The notes: generated by a model not told the origin, from the letters alone. A stretch of DNA of 64,000 nt from an uncultured Planctomycetota bacterium (GCA_963823665.1 CAWGMQ010000010.1:672001-736000); one strand, 5' to 3'. Shown: positions 32,503 through 43,730, numbered from the stretch's first letter. Translations and numbers: made by a program.

Positions 32503-33373
32503 CTATTGCCACCCGTCGTCGCTGCGCGGATCAATCTCTTGCGGCGGCGGCACCGGAAAAGATCTAAGCAGCGAGCCTATCCACTGTTTCGCCATTGATA
32601 TCTTCTTTCGATAGTCCGTTTCGTCCGCCAAAATCACGCCCTCTGGCCCCGGCCTCATTGTCGATAGAAGGCTGTCCTTGATTAAGCTGAGCTGTTGGGT
32701 CAAAACTGCCTGGCGGCCGTCGATGAGATCCAAGAGAGAGTCGATTTCTGTACGAATCTCTTCCACCGCGCCGTCTAAGACCCGCGGATTATGTGGACGC
32801 GACAACGTGTGAAAAATATCGCGCAACTGTCGCTTTAGGTATTGGGATATTGCTCGTTCCTCTAGATGCTCGTCCCAACCATCGCCGTCAAATCCGAAGT
32901 TCGCCTCTTCTGTGAGAATGGAAATCTGTTGAAGAATCCTCCCTGCCTTATTCCTGAGGTTCTCATTTCGGAATAGCTTCAAGGCATTCACTGAATTCTG
33001 CGCAGCGGAGTCATAAGCGGGAAGCTGTGCGGAAAGCAGCGACATCCGAGCGGTCAAGAATTGTTGGTTTTCCTGCTTCTTCATAGCGGCAGCATTCTGC
33101 TCTTGCGCCGTAGCCGATCGCTTCAACTCCGAACGCGTCTCCGCAAGTTCCTTCCGCTGCAGACCGAGTTCTTCACTTTGAAGGAAGATCGCGACGACGA
33201 CGCCCACGAACGCTAAGCCGGAAAACAGGGTGGCTGCGATCTGGATTCTCGTGTCGAGGGGTCGAAACGGGATTCAGGAGCGCCATCGCAAGAATCGCGA
33301 CCACGATAACGGCGGCTACTGCGCCCCAGTAGAGCCAATTCTGATGAGGCTCTTCGATGTGCTCGCCTGACAT
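32503..33373 (-). CDS. 2-TM + coiled-coil protein resembling the N-terminus of putative abortive-infection proteins (frameshift at ~33250)
   Basis: TM WGAVAAVIVVAILAMALL, then LFSGLAFVGVVVAIFLQSEELGLQRKELAETRSELKRSATAQ. Confidence 0.55.
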
Positions 33374-33586
33374 CGCGAGTGATTCCGCAAGGGGATGAGT
33401 AACACGGGCGCGCCCGTCGCTCCAAAACCAATCGTGGTAACTACCACGAATCCCCCCGGAACACCAGAAAATACCGCAAATGAAAAAAGTTTCGTGGTAC
33501 GCGATCTGGGCCAGTGGCAAGAATTCTTCAACGGAATGTACCACCACACTGTTGATTTTCAAACAACCAAAGCATAGACTATCATT

Positions 33587-33790
33587 ATGAGCAACGCACT
33601 GACTGACCAGATTCGAGAAGCGGTCAAGCATTCTGAGCTGACGCACTACGAAATCTGCCGGCGAACCGGAATCAATAAGGCGTCGATGTCCCGATTCGTC
33701 AATGGGCATGGCGGCTTGTCTCTGGCGCACTTGGACAAGCTGGCCGAACTGTTGGGCCTGCGGATCGCAACCACGCGGAGGGCGAATTGA
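33587..33790 (+). CDS. XRE-family HTH regulator
   Basis: LTDQIREAV..THYEICRRTGINKASMSRFVNG.GGLSLAHLDKLAELLGL. Confidence 0.85.
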   Translation: MSNALTDQIREAVKHSELTHYEICRRTGINKASMSRFVNGHGGLSLAHLDKLAELLGLRIATTRRAN

Positions 33791-34034
33791 CGGGGCCATA
33801 CCGGTTGAATACCGTTTGCGCCTCAAATACCATGTGTTTTTGCACAGGTTTGTTACCGTTTGCAGAGTTTGTCAGTGGAGAATAGCAGACGCAACTATTG
33901 ATCAGAAAAGGGGTTAGGTTGACGCACGCGACATCTCGGCGACTAGCTTGCTAAACTGATGTTCAAATCGCCGGGGGAAACGGAAAGCGGCTTTGCTCCC
34001 GGGGATGGACTTTGCCGCGCGCTCGCTCCGCACC

Positions 34035-36644
34035 ATGAACGAATCGTTGACTCCGATGATGCAGCAGTATCGCGAGCTCAAGGCTCGTGATCCGGATGCG
34101 CTCTTGTTGTTTCGGATGGGTGATTTCTACGAGATGTTCGGCGATGATGCCGAGCGAGCCTCGGCGCTATTGGGCCTGGCGCTCACGTCGCGGGACAAGG
34201 GCGACGACGCCGTGCCAATGGCGGGATTTCCTCATCCGGCCCTGGAGACCTACCTGGCCAAGATCGTCCAGGCGGGGCTGCGAGCGGCGGTGTGCGAGCA
34301 GGTCGAGGATGCGAAACTGGCCAAGGGATTGGTCAAGCGCGACGTGGTTCGCATCGTGTCGCCGGGCACTCTTACCGACGATGAGCTGCTCGACCCGAAG
34401 ACAGCAAATTACCTGGCGGCCATTGTGGAGGCCGGTGCGAAGCTCGGGCTGGCCTGGGTGGAGCTCTCAACCGGACGATTCTCGCTGACCGGGCTGCTTC
34501 GCACCGAGCTCGCCGACGAGATTGCCCGTCTCAACCCGGCGGAGATCTTGCTATCGGAGCTGAGCCTGGACGCGCCTTGGGCAAGACTGCTGCGCTGCCA
34601 ATCGGTGGCGCTGACGACGCGACCCTCCTGGGATTTTCAGCCCGAGCAGGCGCGGAAAGCACTCTTTGAGCATTTCCGCACCACGACGCTTGCCGGCTTC
34701 GGCATCGACGATCGGGCGATTGAAGTTCAGGCCGCCGGTGCACTCATGGCGTACTTGAAGGATACCCAGAAATCGTCGCTGGGCCACATCGCCCGGCTCA
34801 TCCCTTATCGCCGGGCCGATACGCTGGCTCTGGACGAGATGACTCGCCGGAGCCTCGAGCTGGTGCGCACCCTTCGCGAAGGCAAGCGCGAAGGCTCCCT
34901 GCTCTCGGTGATCGACCTCTCAGCCACGCCCATGGGGTCCCGGCAACTGGCGGAATGGCTGACATCGCCGCTGACTTCGCCCGAGCTCATCGAGGAGCGG
35001 CTGGAAGCCGTGAACGAGCTGGTCGAGAACGCGGCGCTTCGGGGCGATGTGCGCAGCTTGCTCGGCCAGTCGTACGACCTCGAGCGATTGGCCGCGCGCG
35101 TCGGCACCGGGCGAGCGAACCCGCGCGACCTGGTGGCACTCGCCCGGACTCTATCGATTCTGCCCAAGCTCAAGGCGCGGCTCTCCGCGCGGATGTCGGC
35201 GCGGCTGAACCAGCTCGAGGCCGCGCTTGAGCTATGCCCCGAGATCCGCGCCGAGATCGAGGCGGCGCTGTATGACGACCCGCCGCTGGCCGTGAAAGAG
35301 GGGGGCTTGATTCGCGACGGATACCACCCCGGCCTGGATGAGCTTCGCGAAGCCGCCAAGGGCGGCAAGTCCTGGATCGCCAAGTTTCAGTCCGAGCAGG
35401 TGCGACGGACCGGGATCCAGCACCTCAAGGTCGGATATAATAAGGTGTTCGGATATTACATCGAGATCACGCATGCCCAGGCTCAGGCACGCGGCGGAGA
35501 CATCCCCGCCGACTACATTCGCAAGCAGACGGTGAAGAACGCCGAGCGCTACATCACCCCCGAGCTCAAGGAACACGAAGATCGCGTGCTTCGGGCCGAG
35601 GGCCGCGCCTTCGAGCTGGAGTACGAGCTGTTCACGACGTTGCGCGACCGGGTCTCGGCCGAATCGCCCCGGCTGATCCAGGCAGGTGCAGTGCTTGCCC
35701 AGCTCGATGTTCTGGCCGGGCTTGCCGAGCTGGCAGCCCGTCACGGCTACACTCGCCCCGAGATCGCCTCCGAGCCGGTCTTCGAGGTCCAGGCCGGCCG
35801 CCATGCAGTGCTCGACGCGATTCTGCCGCCGGGTGATTTCGTGCCCAATGACGTTCACCTGGGCGGCGATTCAGGCTCGATCCTCCTGATCACCGGGCCC
35901 AACATGGCAGGCAAGAGCACGTATATCCGCCAGGTCGCACTGATCGCCATCATGGCGCACGTGGGGAGTTTCGTTCCGGCCAAACGAGCGAGGATCGGGG
36001 TGGTCGATCGCCTGTTCGCCCGGGTAGGTGCCACCGATGACCTGAGCCGCAGTCAGAGCACGTTCATGGTGGAGATGAGCGAGACCGCCAACATCCTGAA
36101 CAATGCGACGCCGCGCAGCCTGGTCATTCTCGACGAAGTGGGCCGCGGCACCAGCACATTTGACGGCATCTCGCTGGCGTGGGCCATCACCGAGCACATC
36201 CACGACGCAATAGGCTGCCGCACGCTTTTTGCCACGCATTACCATGAGCTCGTCGAGCTGGAGAAGACCAAGCCACGCTTGAGGAACGCAAACGTGGCTG
36301 TGAGGGAAAGCGAGGGCGAGATCGTCTTTCTTTACCGGATCTCCCCCGGCGGCGCGGACCAGAGCTACGGCATCCACGTCGCCAGGCTGGCCGGTGTTCC
36401 GTCGCCCGTTCTGGATCGCGCGCGAGAGATTCTCAAGTTCCTGGAGAAGCAGCACGGCCCGGATCCTGGCTTGCCGGAAGGCCCGATCAAGCGGAAGGTG
36501 AAAACCGGCCATGCCCTTCAAAACAGCCTGTTCGCCGCGCTGCCTGACCCGTTACTGGAAGAGCTAAGAAAGGTTGACTTGAAAGAGCTAAACCCCGACG
36601 CTGCCCTTGCATTGCTGAAACGCTTGCGTGAGCTGGCCAAGTAG
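34035..36644 (+). CDS. mutS: DNA mismatch repair protein MutS
   Basis: LTPMMQQY, FRMGDFYE, TGPNMAGKSTY, STFMVEM, DEVGRGTST, FATHYHEL and SYGIHVARLAG. Confidence 0.98.
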   Translation: MNESLTPMMQQYRELKARDPDALLLFRMGDFYEMFGDDAERASALLGLALTSRDKGDDAVPMAGFPHPALETYLAKIVQAGLRAAVCEQVEDAKLAKGLVKRDVVRIVSPGTLTDDELLDPKTANYLAAIVEAGAKLGLAWVELSTGRFSLTGLLRTELADEIARLNPAEILLSELSLDAPWARLLRCQSVALTTRPSWDFQPEQARKALFEHFRTTTLAGFGIDDRAIEVQAAGALMAYLKDTQKSSLGHIARLIPYRRADTLALDEMTRRSLELVRTLREGKREGSLLSVIDLSATPMGSRQLAEWLTSPLTSPELIEERLEAVNELVENAALRGDVRSLLGQSYDLERLAARVGTGRANPRDLVALARTLSILPKLKARLSARMSARLNQLEAALELCPEIRAEIEAALYDDPPLAVKEGGLIRDGYHPGLDELREAAKGGKSWIAKFQSEQVRRTGIQHLKVGYNKVFGYYIEITHAQAQARGGDIPADYIRKQTVKNAERYITPELKEHEDRVLRAEGRAFELEYELFTTLRDRVSAESPRLIQAGAVLAQLDVLAGLAELAARHGYTRPEIASEPVFEVQAGRHAVLDAILPPGDFVPNDVHLGGDSGSILLITGPNMAGKSTYIRQVALIAIMAHVGSFVPAKRARIGVVDRLFARVGATDDLSRSQSTFMVEMSETANILNNATPRSLVILDEVGRGTSTFDGISLAWAITEHIHDAIGCRTLFATHYHELVELEKTKPRLRNANVAVRESEGEIVFLYRISPGGADQSYGIHVARLAGVPSPVLDRAREILKFLEKQHGPDPGLPEGPIKRKVKTGHALQNSLFAALPDPLLEELRKVDLKELNPDAALALLKRLRELAK

Positions 36645-36670
36645 GTCAGGCTTTAGCCTGACCTACTTGG
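36637..36670. repeat. GTAG-type REP palindrome, probable bidirectional terminator between convergent genes
   Basis: CCAAGTAGGTCAGGC-TTTA-GCCTGACCTACTTGG, a perfect 15-bp stem. Confidence 0.85.
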
Positions 36671-38183
36671 ATTTCGCGGCGGGAACATCCATCTCCACGG
36701 GCATCGACCACTTACCTTGCTTCAGGCTGAAGGCGTACAGGCGCTTGCCCTGGCGGACGAGGAGGTGGTTCTCGGTCCATGAGGTTAGCGCTGGGGCGGT
36801 CGCATCCGCGGCGACTTCGAGAACGGACCAGGCGCCCTTCTCGGCACTGAAGGCGTAGAAGACGTTACCCCCCTGGTAGAGGGCGAAGCCATTGCCGAGG
36901 AGAGGCTGTACCGGACCCTCCAGGGGCGCTCGAAGTTTCACGCGCTCCCACAGCCCGTGCTTGGCGCTGAACGCCGCGATCTCTTCGATCGCTTTCCCCT
37001 CGTACACGAACGCCACAGTGTCGACGGTGTAGATAGGCGTGACCTTCACGCCATCGGGCACCGCAATCCGCTGCCATCCTCCCGTGACGTCCTGATCGAC
37101 ATCATCGCTCCACGCGTTGTAAGCTCGACCATCTTGCGATTTGACGACCAGGATCGACCCCATGCCGAGGACCGGATTGTGGTCCAAGTTGGGATGGTTC
37201 TTCCCCTTCCGCAGTTGGGCGGCAGGCGGGTTGAGAGGGATTGTTATTGGCGCGTTGGGATTCGTCTGCACCGCGGCCGCAGCGGACCGCGCGTTCGGAT
37301 CGGGTGGTGCCTGCACCTGGGCCGCACGCAACGCCAGGGCCCCGGCGACGCCCGACACGGATCCAACCACGACAATGGCCAGGAACGCGGTCTTGAACTT
37401 TTGGAAGAGCATGTTTCTCAAAACTCCTTGTGTCAGGGACAGAACGTTGGGTGCCACCGGCTGTGATGCCGCGAAGAGGAGCGCCGATTTCAGGGTCGAT
37501 GCGATCAAAGACCCGGGTGGCAAATCGCCGAGGTTGAGGAACGGCCGCGCGACCGCAGCCATCGGCACCGCCAGCCCGCGCCGCTCGAGTCGACCTTTCA
37601 GCAAGGCACGGCCGCGTGAGAGCCGGCCGCTGAGCGTTCCGACCGGCCAGTTCAGCACGCGGGCTGCCTCCTCATGCGTTTTGCCTTCAAGGTGGCAAAG
37701 CACGATGGGCGACCGGTACTTCTCCGGCAGCCGGCCGATCTCGTCGTGGAGCAGGGGGGCCGTCTCGAGTGCGGAGCCAACTTCCGACGGCGACCCGACC
37801 GATGATTCGATGTCGTCCAGGGCCAAGGGCGCGTGCCGCGCAGCGTAAACCCGCGCCCGCAGGGCTGTCCGGTACGCCACCTTGTACAGCCAGGGGCCGA
37901 TCGACTCGCGCACCTGCATCGACCGAGCTTTGCGAACCAGCACGAGAAACGTCGCCTGAAAGGCGTCGTCCGCGTCTTGCGGCCGTCGCACGATCTGACG
38001 GCAAACTCCCATGACCATCGGTGCGTGCCGTTCCAGCAGCTCGCGAAACGCCAGCTCCGCTGTGGCATCACGATCGAGCGTGAAGCGTTGCAAAAGCTGG
38101 GCATCACTGGCGCCGGTGACTGTACCCGCCGACCAGAGAACTTCCAGCTCCTGAGCGACCTTGCCACCCTTGCTCTGGACCAT
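36663..38183 (-). CDS. ECF sigma factor with TM helix and C-terminal extension (planctomycete type)
   Basis: SDAQLLQRF, DADDAFQATFLVLVRKA, RLPEKYRSPIVLCHLEGKTHEEAA and GTLSGRLSRGR. Confidence 0.92.
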   Translation of the reverse strand: MVQSKGGKVAQELEVLWSAGTVTGASDAQLLQRFTLDRDATAELAFRELLERHAPMVMGVCRQIVRRPQDADDAFQATFLVLVRKARSMQVRESIGPWLYKVAYRTALRARVYAARHAPLALDDIESSVGSPSEVGSALETAPLLHDEIGRLPEKYRSPIVLCHLEGKTHEEAARVLNWPVGTLSGRLSRGRALLKGRLERRGLAVPMAAVARPFLNLGDLPPGSLIASTLKSALLFAASQPVAPNVLSLTQGVLRNMLFQKFKTAFLAIVVVGSVSGVAGALALRAAQVQAPPDPNARSAAAAVQTNPNAPITIPLNPPAAQLRKGKNHPNLDHNPVLGMGSILVVKSQDGRAYNAWSDDVDQDVTGGWQRIAVPDGVKVTPIYTVDTVAFVYEGKAIEEIAAFSAKHGLWERVKLRAPLEGPVQPLLGNGFALYQGGNVFYAFSAEKGAWSVLEVAADATAPALTSWTENHLLVRQGKRLYAFSLKQGKWSMPVEMDVPAAKSK

Positions 38184-38512
38184 CACGGCTATCTCCCCGC
38201 GATCATTTCAGCCTCTATCGTCTAAATGCACCCGGGAGCGTTTGTCATACGCAATTCTCGAAAATTCCTCGCAATCTGGCGAGCGTGTGTACAAAAGTTC
38301 ATGTTCACGGCACGCCAAGCGAACTGGCTCTGCCATTCGAGTGCTCGCCGTTGCCGCGGGGCGACGCCGGGCGGCGGTTTGCACGAAATTGTTCCGGGCA
38401 GCACGGTGCGGACGGGTCGGTCGTCAAAAGTTCTTGTTAGAATTGGACGGAAATCATCCTCGACGGCGCAATCGTGATCGAAGCCGCAACGAGCGCATTG
38501 GGAGTGCCCGCC

Positions 38513-41500
38513 ATGAACGAGCTCGACCTATTCATCGCAGGCCTGGAAGTCGACGATCCTGTCGAACGCGCCGCCTACCTCGACGAGGTCTGCGGCGGTG
38601 ACAGCGAAATGCGACAAAGGTTGGCCGCACTCATCGTCGCGATCGACCGGCCGGGCGCAGTTACTGGAGCGCTTTCGCGCGGCGGGCCGGGAGCGAGCAG
38701 CGATGGAATCCGAGCGGATCACCATTGAGGTCGGCTCCAGCTTGGCGGCGAGCAGTTGCGAACAAACGGTGAGCCATCAACAGGAAACAGGGGCACCGGG
38801 TCCGCTCATCGACAGCGTTATCGGCGGGCGTTACAAGCTGCGCCAGGAGCTCGGCGAAGGGGGCATGGGCTCGGTCTATCTTGCCGAGCAGACTGAGCCC
38901 GTGACGCGCACCGTGGCGCTCAAGCTGATCAAGCCGGGCTTGGACTCGAAGGCCGTGCTGGCGCGGTTTGAGTCGGAGCGGCAGGCCCTGGCGCTGATGG
39001 ACCACCCGCACATCGCCAAGTTCTTCGACGCCGGGGCGACCGAAACCGGCCGCCCGTTCTTCGTGATGGAGCTGATCAAGGGCGCCCCGCTCACGAGCTA
39101 CTGCGACGAGCACCGCCTGGGGCTGCTCGAGCGTTTGAACCTCTTCCGCCGGATCTGCGCGGCCGTGCAGCATGCGCATCAAAAGGGAATCATCCATCGC
39201 GACCTGAAGCCGACGAACATCCTGGTCGAGAGCCACGACGGCGAGCCTGTCCCCAAGGTCATCGACTTTGGCCTGGCGAAGGCGACAAGCGGGCTGCGAT
39301 TGAGCGATCACAGCATGTTGACTGCCTTTGGAGCCGTGGCCGGTACGCCACTTTACATGGCCCCCGAGCAGGTAGCCTGGAGTGCGCTCGACATCGACAC
39401 CCGAGCCGACATCTACTCGCTGGGCGTGATTCTGTACGAGCCTCTTGACCGGAAGCACGCCCATCCGTCGTGAGCTGCTTCATCAAGCGGCCGCGGACGA
39501 GATGGTGCGTTTGATCCGCGAGGTCGAGCCCCCGACCCCGAGCAGCCGCATCAGCACCTCGGACAAGCTGAAGCTGCCGAGCATCGCGGCGACACGGCAG
39601 ACCGAGCCCGCGCGGCTCTCCCGGTTCGTCCGCGGCGACCTCGACTGGATCGTGATGAAGGCGCTCGCCAAGGAACGGAACCGGCGGTATGAGTCGGCGA
39701 TCGCGCTGGCCCAGGACATCGAGCGGTTCATGAACCACGAGCCGGTGACGGCCGGGCCGCCGGCAGTGATGTACCGGTTCCGGAAATTCGCCCGCAGGCA
39801 CCGGGCGGGCTTGACGACGGTCGGAGCATTCGCCGTGCTGCTCGTCGCCACGGCCGCGGCAAGCACCAGCCTCGCCTTCTGGGCAAATCGGGAACGCGTG
39901 CGTGCGCTCAAGGCCGAAAGCATGGCCAGGGAACAACAAGCCCGCGCGCATGACCGTGAAAAGCTGGCGATCGACGCGGTGCGGCGGTACGGCGAGGCCG
40001 TTCGCACGACGCCCGAGTTGAAGAATGGTTCCGCCCTTTCAGAGCTCCGTGCCACCTTGCTCAAGGAGCCGCAGGCGTTCTTCAGAACCCTGCGCGACCG
40101 GCTCCAAGGCGATGGCGAGACGTCGGCCGACTCGCTCGCCCGCCTGGCTGCTGCGAGCTTCGAGCTGGGCCGCCTCACCGACGAGATCGGCGACAAGGAG
40201 GACGCCCTCCGAGCGTACGAGGAATCGCGGGCGATCCGGGAGCGGCTCGCCAGAGCGGAGTCGGCGAGCATCCAGATCCGGAGCGATCTGGCCACCACTT
40301 GCAACAACATCGGCATCCTGCAAGCAAGGATGGCACGGCCGGCGGAGGCGAAGGCGTCGTTCGAGCGGGCGCTCGCGATCCGGGAGATGCTCGCGCGAGA
40401 TAACCCGTCGGTCACCCAGTTTCAGAGGAACCTCACCTTCATCTACACGAACATCGGTAACCTGCAGCGTGCGACCGGCCGGCTGGCGGACGCGATGGCG
40501 TCATTCCAGCGAGCGCGCACACTCGAGGAGCGGCTCGTTCGTGAGAACCCGTCCGCCACTGAGCTCGAGCGCAACCTGGCCTTGAATGACCAACTGATCG
40601 GCGACCTGCAGCGTGAGATAGGCCGACCGGCCGAGGCGATGGCGTCGTACGAGCAGGCCCGAGTGATCCTGGAGCGGCTGGCACCCGAGAACCCGACGGT
40701 CGACAGGTTCCAGGGCACCCTGGCCGCGATCCAGATGTGCATCGGCGACCTGCAGCAAGAGACGGGAAGGCCGGCCGAGGCGAAGGTGTCGTACGAGCGG
40801 GGCCTCCCGATCCTCGAGCGGCTGGCGAGCGAACACCCGTCGGCGGCCCAGTTTCAGATCCACTTCGCCGAGGGACTCATCAAAGTGGGCGAGCTGAAGC
40901 GTGACATGAGCCGGCCGGAGGAGGCCATGGCGTTGCACGTCCGCGCCCACGCGATTCTTCTTCGGACGGTGAGCGAGAACCCGTCGTTCGCCGAGTTCCA
41001 GAGCCGCCTTGCTCACAGCCACCATTGCATCGCAGCGCTGCAAAGCGAGGCGGGCCGGCGGGCGGAGGCGCTCGAGTCGTACGAGAAGGCTCGGGTGATC
41101 CAGCAGCGGCTGGCGAGCGAGAACCCGGCGCTCACCGGCTCCGGCCTTGATCTGGCCGGCACCCTGGAAGGCATCGGATACATCAAGCTTGGAGCGGGCC
41201 AGGTGGCGGAGGCCCTCCAGTCGTTTGAGCAGGCCCGCCCGATCCGCGAACGGCTGGTCGCGAGAACCCGTCCGTCGACCGCTACCAGCAAGGCCTGGCC
41301 AGAAGTCGCAACATGATCGGCACCATGCTGCGCAAGACCGGCCATCCGGCCGAGGCGCACGAGTCGCTCGAGCAGGCCCGCGCGATCCGGGATCGCCTCG
41401 CCCGTGAGCATCCGGAATCGCCCGGCTACGCCAGCGACCTGGGCGGGACGATCCATAACCTGGCCCAGATCGACTTCGACCAGGGGCAATTCGACAAAGC

Positions 41501-42215
41501 CCGGACCAGGCTCACGGAGGCCATCCAGTGGCAGCGAAAGGCACTCGCCGCCAACCCGAATCAACCCGTCTACCGGCAGTACATGACCAATCATTTGACC
41601 GGCTTGATCCGAGCCGCCGTACGCCTGGGTCGCTCAGACGAGGCCGCCCTCGCCCGGCGTGAGCTGGCCGAGCTGGCCGCGAGCGATCCGGCGAAGGCGG
41701 CCCTCGATGCTCGCCTGGCCGCCGTGCTCAGAGGGAAAGAGTCTCCGAAGAACGCGGCCGACCGGATCGCACTCGCGTTTCGGGCCAATCAGAAGAAACT
41801 GTACGCATCCTCCGCCCACCTCTACACCGAGACGCTCGCCAGCGACCCCAAGCTCGCGGAGGATCGCAAGACCCGGCATCGCTATAACGCGGCCTGCGCC
41901 GCCGCGCTGGCGGCTTCCGGCCAGTCGAAGGATGAGCCGCAGCCGGATGCGGCTGCCGCAGCCACGCTCCGCGGGAAGGCGCGCGATTGGCTCAAGGCCG
42001 AGCTCGCCGCCTGGGCCAAGGTGCTGGACACCGGCCCGGCCCAGTTTAAGGCCGTCGTGCCCAAGACACTCGAGCACTGGAAGACCGACTCCGACCTGGC
42101 GGGCATCCGTGACGAGAAGGAATTGGCCAAGCTTTCGGATGCCGAGCGCGCCGCGCTCAAGGAGCTCTGGAACGACGTCGATCGCGTGCTCAAGAGTGCC
42201 GTTGCAAGCCAGTAA
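38513..42215 (+). CDS. Ser/Thr protein kinase with TPR repeats (frameshifts at ~38690, ~39445, ~41265)
   Basis: [14 protein letters not shown]-terminus, [47 protein letters not shown]-like repeats and [11 protein letters not shown]. Spread over four consecutive ORFs. Confidence 0.85.
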
Positions 42216-42273
42216 CCCGCTAACCGGGGCTTCGAGGACGTCCACCTCATCACCGACGGAAAAGTTGGAGGAT

Positions 42274-43062
42274 TCATCGAGCGGACGTCAACAAGCTCCG
42301 GTCCACGTGTTTGGTCGAGAGGCTCTGCGCGTACGCTTTGAGTGCGCCCTTGACGGTCGAGCGAATCTCAGTGTGCTCGGCATCGACCCAGTATGCGTCG
42401 CCACTCGCGACCATGAACCGCGCCCGCGCTTCGTGGATGCCCTCGAACGCCGCAAGTGGGTTTTCGGCAGACAATGGTTTGGCGTGCTGTCCAGACGCCC
42501 GTATCCGCGCTTGGTGGCGGCCGACAAGTTGGTCAAAATCGGCGTCCATGTACAAGATCTCGTCGTACAATCCCGGCGTTCGCGATCCGATGGGGCGGTC
42601 GGACGTGACGAGGTATCGCCCGTTCTCCAGCTCCGTATAAAACACCGTCCCCCGGTTTCGGATTCCCGCAGTCGTTCCCCACCGGAACACAGCAAGGATC
42701 TCTCGAGAAGGAGAGACCAGGAGCGCACCATAGGTCTTGTAGATCCCACCCTTGGCATGTTTGAACAGAAGGGGCGCGGTGAAGCCAAGCCGAACGGCCG
42801 CGCGAATCTGAGGTGCGGGAAACGGGGAAGTTCCAGCCGCGGCGTAGGGATTTGTGTCGGACTCCGGATCGTCATGCGATCCGCGATCTGATCCAATTGC
42901 GCCGAGTTTTTGTCGCTCAGGATCGTCTAAGTCGGCCGATGCCAGAAACTTCACGGGACGCCGCTCAAGCAGAGAAGTCACGATGATCGCGACTCCGAGC
43001 GATACGTAGAGCCCGGCGGCCAAGAGCACAACGCCGAGGATGATTGTCTCGAGCCAACTCAT
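42274..43062 (-). CDS. Hypothetical membrane-anchored protein
   Basis: N-terminal TM IILGVVLLAAGLYVSLGVAIIV followed by a soluble domain. Confidence 0.6.
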   Translation of the reverse strand: MSWLETIILGVVLLAAGLYVSLGVAIIVTSLLERRPVKFLASADLDDPERQKLGAIGSDRGSHDDPESDTNPYAAAGTSPFPAPQIRAAVRLGFTAPLLFKHAKGGIYKTYGALLVSPSREILAVFRWGTTAGIRNRGTVFYTELENGRYLVTSDRPIGSRTPGLYDEILYMDADFDQLVGRHQARIRASGQHAKPLSAENPLAAFEGIHEARARFMVASGDAYWVDAEHTEIRSTVKGALKAYAQSLSTKHVDRSLLTSAR

Positions 43063-43252
43063 GCGAAATCTCGACAACGGGTATAGGGCAGGGGGCCTTC
43101 GCCCCGACCGATGCAGTCACGTGAGGTTCTCCCGCCGCTCTGGTCGCCGATTGTACTGGGCTTGCTCTGGAGCGGGCTATCCCCGATCATCGAGACCCTC
43201 GTAAAATCGAGGTTGGCCGGATCGAATTGAATGCCGTTTTGGACTGAATCGC

Positions 43253-43654
43253 GTGGACCGTCTGAACCGTTTCTTCACGAAGGAAAAGCCCGCACCAAGC
43301 TCCCTCGCGGATCTGGAAGCCATCTGGCAGGCGCGACGCGCGTACTGGGCGCGCAAGCTCGGCCGCATTCGGCTCGGCGTCGAGCCGATCGAGGAACAGC
43401 TCACTCGCTACCGTCGCGTGACCTGGATGCTGACGGCCGTGCCTGCATTCGTGAGCACGGTGATCTTCACCCTCTTGACCGTCTTCCGTCGGCCCGACAT
43501 TGGGGCCGTTGCCGCGGCCCTCTTATTCCTGCCGATCGTGGCGGGCGCATGGCTCGGTTATTTCCTGCTGCAAAGCAGAGCTCGGCGCTATCTGGTCGAG
43601 CTGGACGAATATGAGAACGCGAGGAACGGGCTTCTGTCCGACGCCGCTGAGTGA
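43253..43654 (+). CDS. Hypothetical 2-TM protein
   Basis: Two hydrophobic helices; 133 aa. Confidence 0.65.
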   Translation: MDRLNRFFTKEKPAPSSLADLEAIWQARRAYWARKLGRIRLGVEPIEEQLTRYRRVTWMLTAVPAFVSTVIFTLLTVFRRPDIGAVAAALLFLPIVAGAWLGYFLLQSRARRYLVELDEYENARNGLLSDAAE

Positions 43655-43730
43655 CGGACTGAGGCTTTCGTCGCCTGAGGTGGAAAAACTCATGCCCCAG
43701 GGCGTTGCCGCCCTGGGGCATGATGATCCG

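Larger units (their letters stand above)
19297..33922. mobile_element. Integrated capsid-less phage-satellite (PICI-like) element
   Basis: Integrase at the left end, excisionase-like genes, P4-type primase-helicase, TerS-like genes, AT-richer cargo and an XRE gene at the right end. The TACCGTTTGC motif occurs at both ends, and an imperfect AAAA-NNN-GTTA-N-GTTGA direct repeat sits at 19297 and 33906. Confidence 0.75.

Noticed and set aside
19297..33922. Complete prophage or conjugative element
   Set aside because: No recognisable capsid, portal, large terminase, tail, lysis, relaxase or T4SS genes.
41659..42891. Long alternative-frame and antisense ORFs (this one, 2634..3641, 54847..55968 and similar)
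   Set aside because: These are shadows of well-supported genes, as expected in high-GC DNA.
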